DNA from: Candidatus Saccharimonadota bacterium
GTDB taxonomy: Bacteria > Patescibacteriota > Saccharimonadia > Saccharimonadales > JACOTW01
Assembly (NCBI GenBank): GCA_016178135.1
Contig: JACOTW010000004.1
Span: forward strand, 2,681 to 66,680
Length of the DNA: 64,000 nucleotides
Direction: 5' to 3'
Part shown: positions 18,052 through 27,642 of the stretch, piece by piece
Layout of the letters: every line of letters starts with the position of its first letter
Position numbering within the stretch: position 1 is the stretch's first letter
The notes under the pieces: model-generated
Databases searched by the model: none
Told to the model about the DNA's origin: nothing
The model's input: only the letters and a program-made list of their open reading frames with translations
Position numbers and translations under genes: made by a program

Positions 18052-19028
18052 CTTTCGAGTTTTAGATCGTGGTCGACCATCATTTTTACCAAACCCGGGA
18101 AGTCTACTTGACGTTTCCAGCCTAGCACTTTCTCGGCCTTAGTTGGGTTGCCGAGTAATATATCCACCTCGGCAGGACGCATGAAAGCAGGGTTTTGTTT
18201 GACGTAAGGCTTCCAATCATCAATGCCAATTTCTTTAAACGCAAGGTCTAGAAATTCACCAATAGTGTGTGTTTCACCTGTTGCTAGCACGTAATCATCT
18301 GGCTTGTCCTGTTGTAGTATCCGCCACATGCCCTCTACGTAATCACCAGCATAGCCCCAATCACGTTTGGGGTCCAAACTACCCAGCTCAATGTAGTCTT
18401 GCTTACCGAGCTTGATCCTTGCAACTGCATTACTAATTTTTCGCGTCACAAATTCTAAGCCTCTGCGCTCGCCCTCGTGATTGAACAAAATGCCACAGCT
18501 GGCGTGCATATCATAACTTTCACGGTAGTTTTTGGTAATCCAGTGGCCATATAGCTTGGCAACACCATACGGGCTTCGTGGATGGAACAGGGAGTCTTCA
18601 TCATAGCCTTTGCCGGGGCGATTGTAATCAAGTCCGCCGAACATTTCCGAGGTAGACGCCTGATAAAACCGCACCGATTTCTCTCCACCACTTAGTCTTA
18701 TGGCTTCTAGCATGTTTAGAACGCCCTTGCCTGTAACGTCAACGGTTAGTTGCGGGTTCTTAAACGAATATCCTACATGGCTTACAGCCGCGAGGTTATA
18801 GACCTCATCTGGCTTAGAAACTTCCATGGCGCGAATCAGAGATGATTGATCTGTTAGATCTGCTTCAATTATTGTGACATATGGAAATTCAGCCTCTGTT
18901 ATTTGGCGGCGTGGGTTATGCTGACCACGAATTATCCCAAAGACTTTGTAGCCTTTTTCATGCAACAGTTTTGCCAAATGCCCGCCATCCTGCCCAGTAA
19001 TACCCGTGATAAGTGCGTTCTTTGCCAT
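18048..19028 (-). CDS. gmd: GDP-mannose 4,6-dehydratase
   Basis: 326 aa. ALITGITGQDGGHLAKLLHEKGYKVFGIIR and SPYGVAKLY are characteristic of Gmd. Confidence 0.9.
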   Translation of the reverse strand: MAKNALITGITGQDGGHLAKLLHEKGYKVFGIIRGQHNPRRQITEAEFPYVTIIEADLTDQSSLIRAMEVSKPDEVYNLAAVSHVGYSFKNPQLTVDVTGKGVLNMLEAIRLSGGEKSVRFYQASTSEMFGGLDYNRPGKGYDEDSLFHPRSPYGVAKLYGHWITKNYRESYDMHASCGILFNHEGERRGLEFVTRKISNAVARIKLGKQDYIELGSLDPKRDWGYAGDYVEGMWRILQQDKPDDYVLATGETHTIGEFLDLAFKEIGIDDWKPYVKQNPAFMRPAEVDILLGNPTKAEKVLGWKRQVDFPGLVKMMVDHDLKLES

Positions 19029-19099
19029 TCCTCTCCCTTTGATTTATGCTGTTGTATATAACCATTCTAACAAACTAGGAATAAACGCGCTGGTGTAAT

Positions 19100-20197
19100 A
19101 TGAAAAAAATCGTTATTGACGCAAGAGAATTCGGAGGCACAGGCGGTGGGACATATCTCAAACATCTTCTTCAAAAACTTCAAGAAATAGACAATAATCA
19201 CAAATATGTGGTGCTACTAAAGCCCAAAGATATGGATAGCTGGAAGCCTGTTAATCGCAAGTTCGAAAAGCTACAATGTAATTACAAAGAGTTTACATTT
19301 GCCGAGCAAATTGGATTATTCAAACAACTTCGTAGTCTAAAAGCTGACCTCGTACACTTCCCTATGACCCAACAACCTGTGCTTTACCGCGGAAAAGTCG
19401 TAACAACAATAAACGATCTTACTACTGTGCGATTCCGTAATCCTAGCAAAAACTGGCTTATTTTTACTATAAAACGTTGGGTATATAAATGGGTTGCCTT
19501 GGTAGCTGCGCGAAAATCTAAAGCATTGTTAACATATACTGAATTCGTCAAAAACGATGTTGCCAAATTTGCCCACGTTAATAGTAGAAAAATTACCGTT
19601 ACTTATTTGGCGGCAGATAAAATTACCGAAGAACCTAGACCCGTAGAAAACTTGGAAAATGTGCAGTTTATTATGTACGTTGGGCGTCCCCAGCCACATA
19701 AAAACCTGGACCGTTTAGTAGAAGCTTTTACGTTGATAAAGCAAACCCACCCCGAGTTGAAATTAGTGCTGGCCGGCAAAAAAGATGTCTTGTACCGTCG
19801 CATAGCCACAAAGATTAAATACCGGAAAATTCCAGATATTATTTTTACTGGGTTTGTCGACGAAGGCCAATTACGTTGGCTGTACGAACATACAGCTTGC
19901 TATGTTTTTCCATCCTTGAGCGAGGGCTTTGGGCTGCCAGGCCTAGAGGCCATGAATCATGGAGCACCAGTAGTATCCAGCAACGCCACTTGTCTGCCAG
20001 AGGTCTATGGCGATGCTGCTGAATATTTCGACCCACTAAATGTTGAAGAAATGGCACAAGCTATAGCCAAAGTTATCGACAAACCAAAACGCCGCGATGA
20101 ATTAGTCGCCTTGGGCAAGAAACAAGCTAATAAATACTCCTGGCAGCGCATGGCCGAACAAACCCTGGCCGTCTACAAAGAAGCCTTAGGCGATTAA
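19100..20197 (+). CDS. GT4 glycosyltransferase
   Basis: 365 aa with SEGFGLPGLEAMNHGAPVVSS. Confidence 0.85.
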   Translation: MKKIVIDAREFGGTGGGTYLKHLLQKLQEIDNNHKYVVLLKPKDMDSWKPVNRKFEKLQCNYKEFTFAEQIGLFKQLRSLKADLVHFPMTQQPVLYRGKVVTTINDLTTVRFRNPSKNWLIFTIKRWVYKWVALVAARKSKALLTYTEFVKNDVAKFAHVNSRKITVTYLAADKITEEPRPVENLENVQFIMYVGRPQPHKNLDRLVEAFTLIKQTHPELKLVLAGKKDVLYRRIATKIKYRKIPDIIFTGFVDEGQLRWLYEHTACYVFPSLSEGFGLPGLEAMNHGAPVVSSNATCLPEVYGDAAEYFDPLNVEEMAQAIAKVIDKPKRRDELVALGKKQANKYSWQRMAEQTLAVYKEALGD

Positions 20198-20763
20198 GAA
20201 CTATGGTCTTTGAGCCATTTGGTAATCTCGTCGATGCCCAGGTGCTCAACAGCGACCTGAACTGCAAAGTCTTCGAGTTCACTTGGTTTGGCGGTAAGTT
20301 TTTTATGATTTCTCACTAAGAAAATTCCAACTATCGTAACGGCAGCCCGTTTATTGCCGTCAACGAAGGGATGATCACCAATTATATTTCGCAGATATAC
20401 CGCTGCTTTTTCTAAAACTGTGGGGTACTGTTCTGAGCCAAAAACTGTTTGCTGTGGGGCAGCCACAACAGACAATAACCGACCCTCGTCTCTAACGCCA
20501 TGAGAGCCCCCAAAATCTTCGATTATCCGGAAGTGCAACTTCAATATCTCTTCAGGGCTTAGATATAGCCCCCGCAAAACAAATTCCCGACTTTTCGAAT
20601 CACCCTCTTTGGCCCAAAACCGCCTTTCCTCGTTCAACGTATCTAAGGATATGTCTCTCTGGGAAAAGTCAGTTTTTGGCTCAAAGATCATTGCTTCAAA
20701 AACCTCAAAGATCATTGCTTCAAAAACCCACGAATTTGTTTTGCGGGGACTATAAGTTATCAT
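20194..20763 (-). CDS. doc: Doc/Fic-family toxin with a 63-codon in-frame family A insertion after codon 3
   Basis: It has the Doc-type Fic motif HPFVDGNKRAA. The N-terminus reads MIT-[YSPRKTNS...EFVLRGL]-YLSPEEILKLH. Its ATG overlaps the antitoxin stop (ATGA). Confidence 0.8.
   Translation of the reverse strand: MITYSPRKTNSWVFEAMIFEVFEAMIFEPKTDFSQRDISLDTLNEERRFWAKEGDSKSREFVLRGLYLSPEEILKLHFRIIEDFGGSHGVRDEGRLLSVVAAPQQTVFGSEQYPTVLEKAAVYLRNIIGDHPFVDGNKRAAVTIVGIFLVRNHKKLTAKPSELEDFAVQVAVEHLGIDEITKWLKDHSS
20564..20754 (-). mobile_element. Family A element, copy A3, subfamily 1, 191 bp (24-bp internal tandem duplication)
   Basis: Both TIRs are present. TCAAAGATCATTGCTTCAAAAACC is duplicated in tandem. 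The copy lies inside doc. Confidence 0.85.
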
Positions 20764-20975
20764 CTATCAGCAAGGTTTTTTAGAGTTTGGCCATATTCTT
20801 TGACAAACTTATTGTAATCTTCCATGAGCTTGTCATGGTCATCCTTTTTTAGGGACTCAACCATAACCTTGACTTCATCCCCATAAGAAATACCTTGGCG
20901 TTTCATCTCCTTTGCAGGGATAGTAACGCCACCGCTTGAACCTATTTTGATGACTTTTTGGATACTTTCAATCAT
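20760..20975 (-). CDS. AbrB/SpoVT-type antitoxin (Phd-role partner of Doc)
   Basis: 71 aa. KIGSSGGVTIPAKEMKRQGISYGDEV is a swapped-hairpin AbrB/MazE-like motif. It is translationally coupled to doc. Confidence 0.7.
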   Translation of the reverse strand: MIESIQKVIKIGSSGGVTIPAKEMKRQGISYGDEVKVMVESLKKDDHDKLMEDYNKFVKEYGQTLKNLADR

Positions 20976-21005
20976 ACAAACATTATAACAATATTATAAT
21001 AAAAG

Positions 21006-23831
21006 TCAATTGTCGGTCTTTTTCGCTATTGCCAAAATTGCCGCAACTACCCCGCCCCCGACGACAAGAACAATTAGTAAATATGGTGGCTGCTGGCTTG
21101 CTTCTGAATTGCTCGGGATAGGTTGCGTAGCGGCTACTGAGTCACTGGCCAAAGCAGGGCTTGCCGTTCGGCTAAGTACTTGGCTGCCACTTACCACATT
21201 TTCAGCTAGAACATTCGGTGTTGTGGCTAAGCCCGGGGTTTGGATTGCCGTAGTAGAGGCGGCTTGTACGACTTCCGCCGTGTTAGTATTTAAAATCTCG
21301 TTACCTGCTACAGTTTCGCCAGGGCTCAAACCATTAAATTTCACAAACTCCAGATCCTCTTGGTTCACTACCTCGATGGGTAGCTGCTCAACCTCTAAAG
21401 TTTGTGGTTTAGAACTAGCGTCCTCTGTCACTGCCAGGGCAAGTAATGCGTCACCCGAAAAATAACTGTTTGGGATTGTAATGCTGCCGTTGCTCCCAGG
21501 GACGCTCACTATCGGCAGGCCGGTTTCTGGGTCTTTGATAACCACAAATATTTCGCCGTCGGGGTCCCAAGTAACTTCGATCTCTCCGTTTGCGGTCACC
21601 TTGGCTTGCAGATTAGTGGGTAGCTCGGGCGAAGTGTAGTCAGGTAGCGGGCCGTCATACTGCTCGACAGTCAGTGGCAATGTTGTTCTTGCCTGTTCTT
21701 CTTCGCCAGCGTAGGCTGCGACTTGCACAAAGTTATCTGTGGTCGGTACGGTAAAAGTATGTTCTATATTTGGCGACTCGGTTTCTTTGTCCCAGGTACC
21801 ATCACCATTGAAATCCCATTTATACTCATCGGCCGTAATCGGACTCTCGGAAACATCAAGCGTGATCGGCACATTGGTACGAGCTTTAATCTGGTCGCTT
21901 ACCCCTAGTACTTGGTTTGGTCCCAAAATCTCCAGCGCGTCTTTGTACGCCAAAGCTATTTGTTTTGGCTGATGATTTAGTACCCGCCAAAGCATGTCGG
22001 TGTAATCCGCCTTACCAAACACGTCATATTTCAGGTAAAGCCCGCCAGTGGCCTTGGCAAAATATTCCAAGCGCTTCTCGGCCGCCGGTTTATCGGTAAC
22101 CGTAGCCGTTAGCCCATGCGGTATAACTACCGTGACGTCCGTACGTTGTGTTTGAGCGACTTTTATTGCATCGTCAAAGGTTCGGGTGATGTTGTGGACA
22201 AAGCCCGGGCTGGCCATATTTAGGCTGCAGGTTTCTTCGGTGATAGCTAGCCAGACTTTGTCACAAAGCTCTGGGTGCTTATAACTCAGGGCACTTACCT
22301 GCTCTGGGTTGGTATAACAGTTGGGTGGGTTCGGCAGATTAAATTGAGTCCAGATGCTGGCGTTGCAGATATTATAAGTGAAGCTTTCTTTGAACGGACG
22401 ATCGGTAATCAGCACGATGTGTTTTATGGCTTTTGGATCCCAGTAGGTACCCAGACTGGTTTTTTCTACCATTATCCCGTGAGGATCAGGGACATCAGCT
22501 CCGCCTCCGCTAGTTGCGTCGCCCCAGGCTAACTTATTTATCAAATTTGATGTGAGGGGCGTGGAGTAAATTGGACTGTTTACTGGTTGATATGGCGCGG
22601 GCTGTTGCCCGATAACGTATCTGGGTAACATCGTGCCATACTGGTCAAGTTCATTATAGTAGGCAAATCCGTATCGAACGCCGTTAAAGAATCCTTGCAT
22701 GGGACCGGTTACGCTATCTGTTTGGGTGCGTAATGTGCCCATAACATCGTTGACGTTATAGCTCACGTCTATGAGAAACATAACGTCAATCGGTTTGGTA
22801 TTTGGAACGTACGGTACTGTCTGCGTTGGCCCGGCTCCTTTATCTATGCCGCCCCGCGACTTATTAAGCGCATATAGTGTAGGCGACATCAGCTGAACTA
22901 TTTCACTCGCCGCCTGGGGCACACCAAAACTCGGGTAGCGCGAATGACCTGCACCAAGTGACTTTCCCTCTGAAGCCCAATCAACGAGCCCACCGGCAAA
23001 TGTTTTTGTCCCGGTACAAATAAAGTCGTCATCAAAACACCAACTCTGCACTCTTTTTTTCATATCATCCGGAATATAGGGTTTGCGCGGATCAAGCATC
23101 CCGGTTTTATATAGAGGTGCATGCCCTCGTCTCCATGGTTGCTCCTGATAATTTCCTTGTGAATCTTTGTATGAAGCATTGTATTTAGGGTCGCCGAAAA
23201 ACGCCACTCCCGCGATGCTCTTACGTTCATCTTCAGTCAGCTTGAACAAACCATTGCCCACAACCTCAGCTCCTTGGGAATAGCCGCCCAGTACAATCTG
23301 CTGGTTCGGACAACGTGCAGCTTCATCTCGCACAAATCCAGAAACCTCGCTTACTCCACCATATACACTGTCCCGATATTCGCCTGGAATAACGCTCCAT
23401 TCAGAGTTCAGCGTGTTTCGGTCTATAAATTGCGGTGCTGGCGCAAAAGCATGAACTGCTTTATATCCGACTGGGCTATATTTGTTTGGAAAATCATGTA
23501 CAGATACAGCTTTGTAGGTTACGTGCGGGTAATCCTGGTCAAGAATGTTCTGAAACTTTTGAAAAAATGTTCCAGCCTCCGGTTCACTCCCTAGGAATGG
23601 CGGCTCGAAAGGCTCATCTAGATTTAGACCTGCGTTATTGGAAGAAGAACCTCTTGCAAAAATCAATAGCACATCCGAACACTCTGTTGACCAGTTATCG
23701 ACTTTTTTGGCTTGTACGCTAGCAGTTAAAATGAGCAAAAAGAGCATAAGAAAAAGAACTGATAAGGGGCGTAAAGCTCTATGAACGAGCTGCGAAATAG
23801 AGTTCTTGTTTTCTCTCATTATATGACCCAT
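21006..23831 (-). CDS. Large secreted, C-terminally anchored multidomain protein (cutinase-like hydrolase + vWA-like + PKD-like)
   Basis: 941 aa with a signal peptide. GGYSQGA is a cutinase-type nucleophile elbow. MFLIDVSYNV resembles a vWA MIDAS motif. YKWDFNGDGTWD is PKD-like. A C-terminal TM segment (LLIVLVVGGGVVAAILAIA) follows. Confidence 0.6.
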   Translation of the reverse strand: MGHIMRENKNSISQLVHRALRPLSVLFLMLFLLILTASVQAKKVDNWSTECSDVLLIFARGSSSNNAGLNLDEPFEPPFLGSEPEAGTFFQKFQNILDQDYPHVTYKAVSVHDFPNKYSPVGYKAVHAFAPAPQFIDRNTLNSEWSVIPGEYRDSVYGGVSEVSGFVRDEAARCPNQQIVLGGYSQGAEVVGNGLFKLTEDERKSIAGVAFFGDPKYNASYKDSQGNYQEQPWRRGHAPLYKTGMLDPRKPYIPDDMKKRVQSWCFDDDFICTGTKTFAGGLVDWASEGKSLGAGHSRYPSFGVPQAASEIVQLMSPTLYALNKSRGGIDKGAGPTQTVPYVPNTKPIDVMFLIDVSYNVNDVMGTLRTQTDSVTGPMQGFFNGVRYGFAYYNELDQYGTMLPRYVIGQQPAPYQPVNSPIYSTPLTSNLINKLAWGDATSGGGADVPDPHGIMVEKTSLGTYWDPKAIKHIVLITDRPFKESFTYNICNASIWTQFNLPNPPNCYTNPEQVSALSYKHPELCDKVWLAITEETCSLNMASPGFVHNITRTFDDAIKVAQTQRTDVTVVIPHGLTATVTDKPAAEKRLEYFAKATGGLYLKYDVFGKADYTDMLWRVLNHQPKQIALAYKDALEILGPNQVLGVSDQIKARTNVPITLDVSESPITADEYKWDFNGDGTWDKETESPNIEHTFTVPTTDNFVQVAAYAGEEEQARTTLPLTVEQYDGPLPDYTSPELPTNLQAKVTANGEIEVTWDPDGEIFVVIKDPETGLPIVSVPGSNGSITIPNSYFSGDALLALAVTEDASSKPQTLEVEQLPIEVVNQEDLEFVKFNGLSPGETVAGNEILNTNTAEVVQAASTTAIQTPGLATTPNVLAENVVSGSQVLSRTASPALASDSVAATQPIPSNSEASQQPPYLLIVLVVGGGVVAAILAIAKKTDN

Positions 23832-24216
23832 TAATACTCAGCCCCTTTACCGAGCACTCTAAGCTAACTGTTTTGTTGCCACTCGTTGACTCAGACTCTT
23901 TAGTCGAAACGGCTGGACACTCAGATTGTTTAAGAATCTCCTCTATTTTTGCAATATCAATGCTTTCAACTCTAAATGTCCTACTTTTATGAAAGCACCA
24001 GCTTTCCGATTCTACAGGACAGGCACGGCCGGCAATGCCGCGGTTCTCGGAGTCGCTAATCTGTTGCCAGTCCGAAGGGAATTGCATCTTGTTGAAAACC
24101 CGCTCCACGTCAGAAAAGTTTGGATGCTGTGTCCTAAAAGGATAGATGGCCAGGTTTATATAACCTAAAGCCAGCATGCCAACCACGACCAGCCCGATAA
24201 TTATTTTCTTCTTCAC
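23779..24216 (-). CDS. Hypothetical membrane-anchored protein
   Basis: 145 aa with an N-terminal TM segment. I recognised no motif. Its 3' end overlaps the next ORF start by 53 nt. Confidence 0.4.
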   Translation of the reverse strand: MKKKIIIGLVVVGMLALGYINLAIYPFRTQHPNFSDVERVFNKMQFPSDWQQISDSENRGIAGRACPVESESWCFHKSRTFRVESIDIAKIEEILKQSECPAVSTKESESTSGNKTVSLECSVKGLSINGSYNERKQELYFAARS

Positions 24217-24275
24217 AGCTCCCCCTAATTCCTAGGCCTATTCTACCTTCTAAAATAAACTCCAACAACTAAATT

Positions 24276-25016
24276 TTACACTACCAACAGAAAATAGAAG
24301 GTTGCGACCACACTTCCAACCAGGCTAGAAAGGCGGTCAACAAATCCGCCGTGGCCCGGAATATTATTACTCCAGTCTTTGATGCCCAACTTCCTTTTTA
24401 CATAACTATTAGCCAGATCACCAGTGGCCGCACCAACTCCGATTGGTATAAAAATCCAAAGGTGAACCACTGATTGCACAAAAATATTCACAAGCAACAC
24501 ACCAATACCAGCCCCGATAATCTGCCCGGCGACTCCCTCCCAGCTTTTGTTCGGGTTCAACGCCCTTGGTAACTTATTCTTGCCTAGATAGTTTCCAAAA
24601 AAGAAAGCCGTCACGTCTGATAAAACAGAAGCAAAGCTAATGGTAATAAGTAGCCTTATGAACTCGTCTGCGAAGCGGATATTTAATAAGGAAAAGTGAA
24701 CCAACCCTATGGTGAGAAATAAAAAGTACACCGCTGGTGTCAATTTGTCTTTGGCCTTTTCGGTTATCCGTACAACTTCAATGAAGCTGGCTAAAAACAG
24801 ACCGATTAAAATTAATGAGCGCAAGGGATTGCTCGCATAAAGCACGCCAAGGAAAACTACAAAAATCGGTATCCAGAACAGTATCTTTACAAACAAGCTG
24901 GAGCGTAAGAATTTGGATAGATCAAACTTGAATAATGGAATAGTTAGGGCAAGCCCTAGGATCATAAGACGTCCAAAAAGTAGTACGATCGAATGCAGCG
25001 GAATATAGCTATCCAC
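24276..25016 (-). CDS. cdsA: Phosphatidate cytidylyltransferase
   Basis: 246 aa with the signature SYVKRKLGIKDWSNNIPGHGGFVDRLSS. Confidence 0.8.
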   Translation of the reverse strand: MDSYIPLHSIVLLFGRLMILGLALTIPLFKFDLSKFLRSSLFVKILFWIPIFVVFLGVLYASNPLRSLILIGLFLASFIEVVRITEKAKDKLTPAVYFLFLTIGLVHFSLLNIRFADEFIRLLITISFASVLSDVTAFFFGNYLGKNKLPRALNPNKSWEGVAGQIIGAGIGVLLVNIFVQSVVHLWIFIPIGVGAATGDLANSYVKRKLGIKDWSNNIPGHGGFVDRLSSLVGSVVATFYFLLVV

Positions 25017-25584
25017 TCTGAGCCCTCTCAGACAGCATGACTCTGATATTGTTGCGGTGTGTCCAGACAGTCACAAATGCAAGCACCAGGTAAAAATAGG
25101 TGTACTTTGGATATAATGCCAGACAAAAGAGCGGCAGACTCCAGGCTGCAGTGATTGAAGAGGGGGCCGATTTTCTAAAGAAATAGAAGCTGACTAAATA
25201 CACAGCTGGCGCCAAACAGCCAATGACTGGGTTAATAACCAGTGTTACCCCTAGGCCAGTGGCTATGCCTTTGCCGCCCTTAAACTTCAGCCAAATCGGG
25301 AAAATATGTCCCAAAATGGCGAACAGGGCTACAATCATCACCAGGTTTGTATCCAGATATTTTGTGGCTAACAATGTGGGTGCAGTGCCTTTCAGTACAT
25401 CTCCAGGCAAGACCATAAAACCAGCCTTCCAGCCCAAAACCCTGACGGTATTAGCAAAACCAATATTGCCACTACCGTGTTTCTGTATATCAATACCGTA
25501 CATTTTGCCAACTATTTTTGCAAAAGGCACTGATCCACATAAGTAAGCAAGGGCTACTAGCCACCAAAATGTTGTGTCCATCAA
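25009..25584 (-). CDS. plsY: Glycerol-3-phosphate acyltransferase PlsY
   Basis: 191 aa with the GSGNIGFANTVR motif and multiple TM segments. Confidence 0.85.
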   Translation of the reverse strand: MMDTTFWWLVALAYLCGSVPFAKIVGKMYGIDIQKHGSGNIGFANTVRVLGWKAGFMVLPGDVLKGTAPTLLATKYLDTNLVMIVALFAILGHIFPIWLKFKGGKGIATGLGVTLVINPVIGCLAPAVYLVSFYFFRKSAPSSITAAWSLPLFCLALYPKYTYFYLVLAFVTVWTHRNNIRVMLSERAQSG

Positions 25585-25633
25585 TTCAAGTATATGCTAA
25601 ACTCTTATTAGTAGTCTATAGGAGGGGCAAAAT

Positions 25634-26308
25634 ATGTTAGCGGCTTTGGGGTTTACCACTACTGGAATTCTGTTTGGCATCTTTGCCTACCGTTTAAGGG
25701 TCTTACAACAAAAACAAAACTTATCCGTTATCAATAATTTTGCCGCTGCATATATTCTACTTGGTTTGGCTTTCTTAATTTGGGGTGCTGTGAGTATAGT
25801 TGGTGATTTAGATTTATTGGCTCTATCTGTTATTGCTGGTGATGCCTTACTCTTGGCTGCCACTATACTGATGTCGAACATACTGTTCGCCAAACACCGA
25901 CGCAAACACCTTTTTGTCTACGGGCTAGCTGCTGCTGGCGTCTCTCTGTTTTTAGTCCGAGCCTTTTTCTTTTATCCCATGCCATTCATGACTGATGGGA
26001 TTCTATTCTTTAATTCTCAGCGGCTAGTATCGTTTACTATTACTTTTGCCTTTTTAATGATATGGCTGCCAGTTAATTTGCGCATGGCAACAATGCTGAC
26101 ACAAAAAACACCTTCACTGGCAAAGCTTTATTCTTATATGTACACCACAGCTACTCTGGCCGCTGTCATATTCATACTGGCCAAGGCACCTATGACTGTA
26201 GCCCTATCCTTCACAGCTATCTCGGTTTCTTTCTTGATGCTTATAATTTCTAATGAGTTTCTCATAACTATGAAAGGTGCTCATGGAAGACAACGAACAG
26301 AATCATAA
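25634..26308 (+). CDS. Hypothetical polytopic membrane protein
   Basis: 224 aa with about 7 hydrophobic segments and no recognised motif. Confidence 0.45.
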   Translation: MLAALGFTTTGILFGIFAYRLRVLQQKQNLSVINNFAAAYILLGLAFLIWGAVSIVGDLDLLALSVIAGDALLLAATILMSNILFAKHRRKHLFVYGLAAAGVSLFLVRAFFFYPMPFMTDGILFFNSQRLVSFTITFAFLMIWLPVNLRMATMLTQKTPSLAKLYSYMYTTATLAAVIFILAKAPMTVALSFTAISVSFLMLIISNEFLITMKGAHGRQRTES

Positions 26309-26747
26309 TTATCCACCCACCCCTGTTGTCCAGCCACAAGCCGTTTACCCAACGGCGACTGTCGGGGTTTTTGCCGACCAACCTTCACCATCTGTAGCTT
26401 CAGCGGAGTCCAACCAACTACAGGATAGCTCCACAGGGACTTCAAAGACCACTAACTATACAAGCTTCGTAATACTTGCGCTGCTTGTACTCACGTTTTT
26501 TACTCCGCTTGGAGCGTCTTTATTTTTGCCCCTGGTAGTGGTCGCGATATTCTACGCCTATAACCATACCAGACAGTCTGTGCAGACGAGCACAACACCG
26601 GCCAGCACCGGAAAAGTTGTAGTACACACCATATTTAAACTGATAATGGTCGCTTGTATGATTTTTGGTCTTGGTATTTTGGCGCTTACTGGAATCTTAT
26701 TTCTGTTAGTTAGTACCGGCTGGGGCGATTTTCGTATGGGCTCGTAA
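26283..26747 (+). CDS. Hypothetical membrane protein
   Basis: The ATG at 26283 is preferred; the track starts at a GTG at 26277. It has a P/Q/S-rich N-terminus followed by three TM segments. Confidence 0.4.
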   Translation: MEDNEQNHNYPPTPVVQPQAVYPTATVGVFADQPSPSVASAESNQLQDSSTGTSKTTNYTSFVILALLVLTFFTPLGASLFLPLVVVAIFYAYNHTRQSVQTSTTPASTGKVVVHTIFKLIMVACMIFGLGILALTGILFLLVSTGWGDFRMGS

Positions 26748-26754
26748 TCGTTAG

Positions 26755-27642
26755 ATGGGCTCCAGTAAAACTATCAAGGAAGCTGTCGCAGCTGCGAGTT
26801 ACTTTATTGATCTTGCCCGCCCCTACAATGCTCCTGCGGCACTATTGCCGTTTTTTATAAGTTACTTCTTTTATGATCCCGTCGTTAATTGGCAGGATAT
26901 TATAGTTGGCTTTCTATTAATCGTCATACTACATTCTGTCTTTACAATTCAGAACGATATTCTTGATCTGGAAATAGATAAATCTAACCATAGATCAACG
27001 CCCTTGACTAATGGTTTGGTTAGCTCGCAGTCATTACGGCAAACTATGATTAATCTTTACATTGTGTCCGTGTTTATAGCTTCGTTTGGCTCCAATAAAG
27101 AACTAAACATTGGATTTGTGCTGCTCTACTCTGCATTGGCCTGGGCTTATAACTCTCCTCCGATTCAAGCCTCTAGACGGCCAATACTCTCTATCACACT
27201 TTTAGGATTTTTATATTCTGCTTTGCTGTTAGCATTTGGTTTTTTACTAAGTGGGCGAGGAATTAATGTTTTAATCTTGGTGCTTTTCATGCTTGCTCGC
27301 ATGTCGATATCAATTTTGAAAGATTTTAAAGACGCGCCCGGAGATAAGAAAAACAACAAACGAACTTTTTATTTGGTTTATGGGCAAACTGCCACTAAGA
27401 CCTTTAGTTTACTCATGGCAGCTATATGTTATCCGCTAATCATCTGGCTAATTGTAAGCCACTTAGAGCTTGGTGGGCTAGCGATTTCCGCTCTGGTATT
27501 TATTGGTTTTGTAAATATCTACAATAGGTTATTACTCCTAAAAACTGATTCAGAAAGTCAGCTTGCTAAGATATTCAGAAAAAGCTTTTGGCTTGAAAAT
27601 TATTATGAGACTATGGTCCTGGTATGTTTGGTGATTTATTAA
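26755..27642 (+). CDS. UbiA-family prenyltransferase
   Basis: 295 aa with NDILDLEIDKSN (NDxxDxxxD), a second acidic motif KDFKDAPGDKKNNKRT, and about 8 TM segments. Confidence 0.75.
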   Translation: MGSSKTIKEAVAAASYFIDLARPYNAPAALLPFFISYFFYDPVVNWQDIIVGFLLIVILHSVFTIQNDILDLEIDKSNHRSTPLTNGLVSSQSLRQTMINLYIVSVFIASFGSNKELNIGFVLLYSALAWAYNSPPIQASRRPILSITLLGFLYSALLLAFGFLLSGRGINVLILVLFMLARMSISILKDFKDAPGDKKNNKRTFYLVYGQTATKTFSLLMAAICYPLIIWLIVSHLELGGLAISALVFIGFVNIYNRLLLLKTDSESQLAKIFRKSFWLENYYETMVLVCLVIY

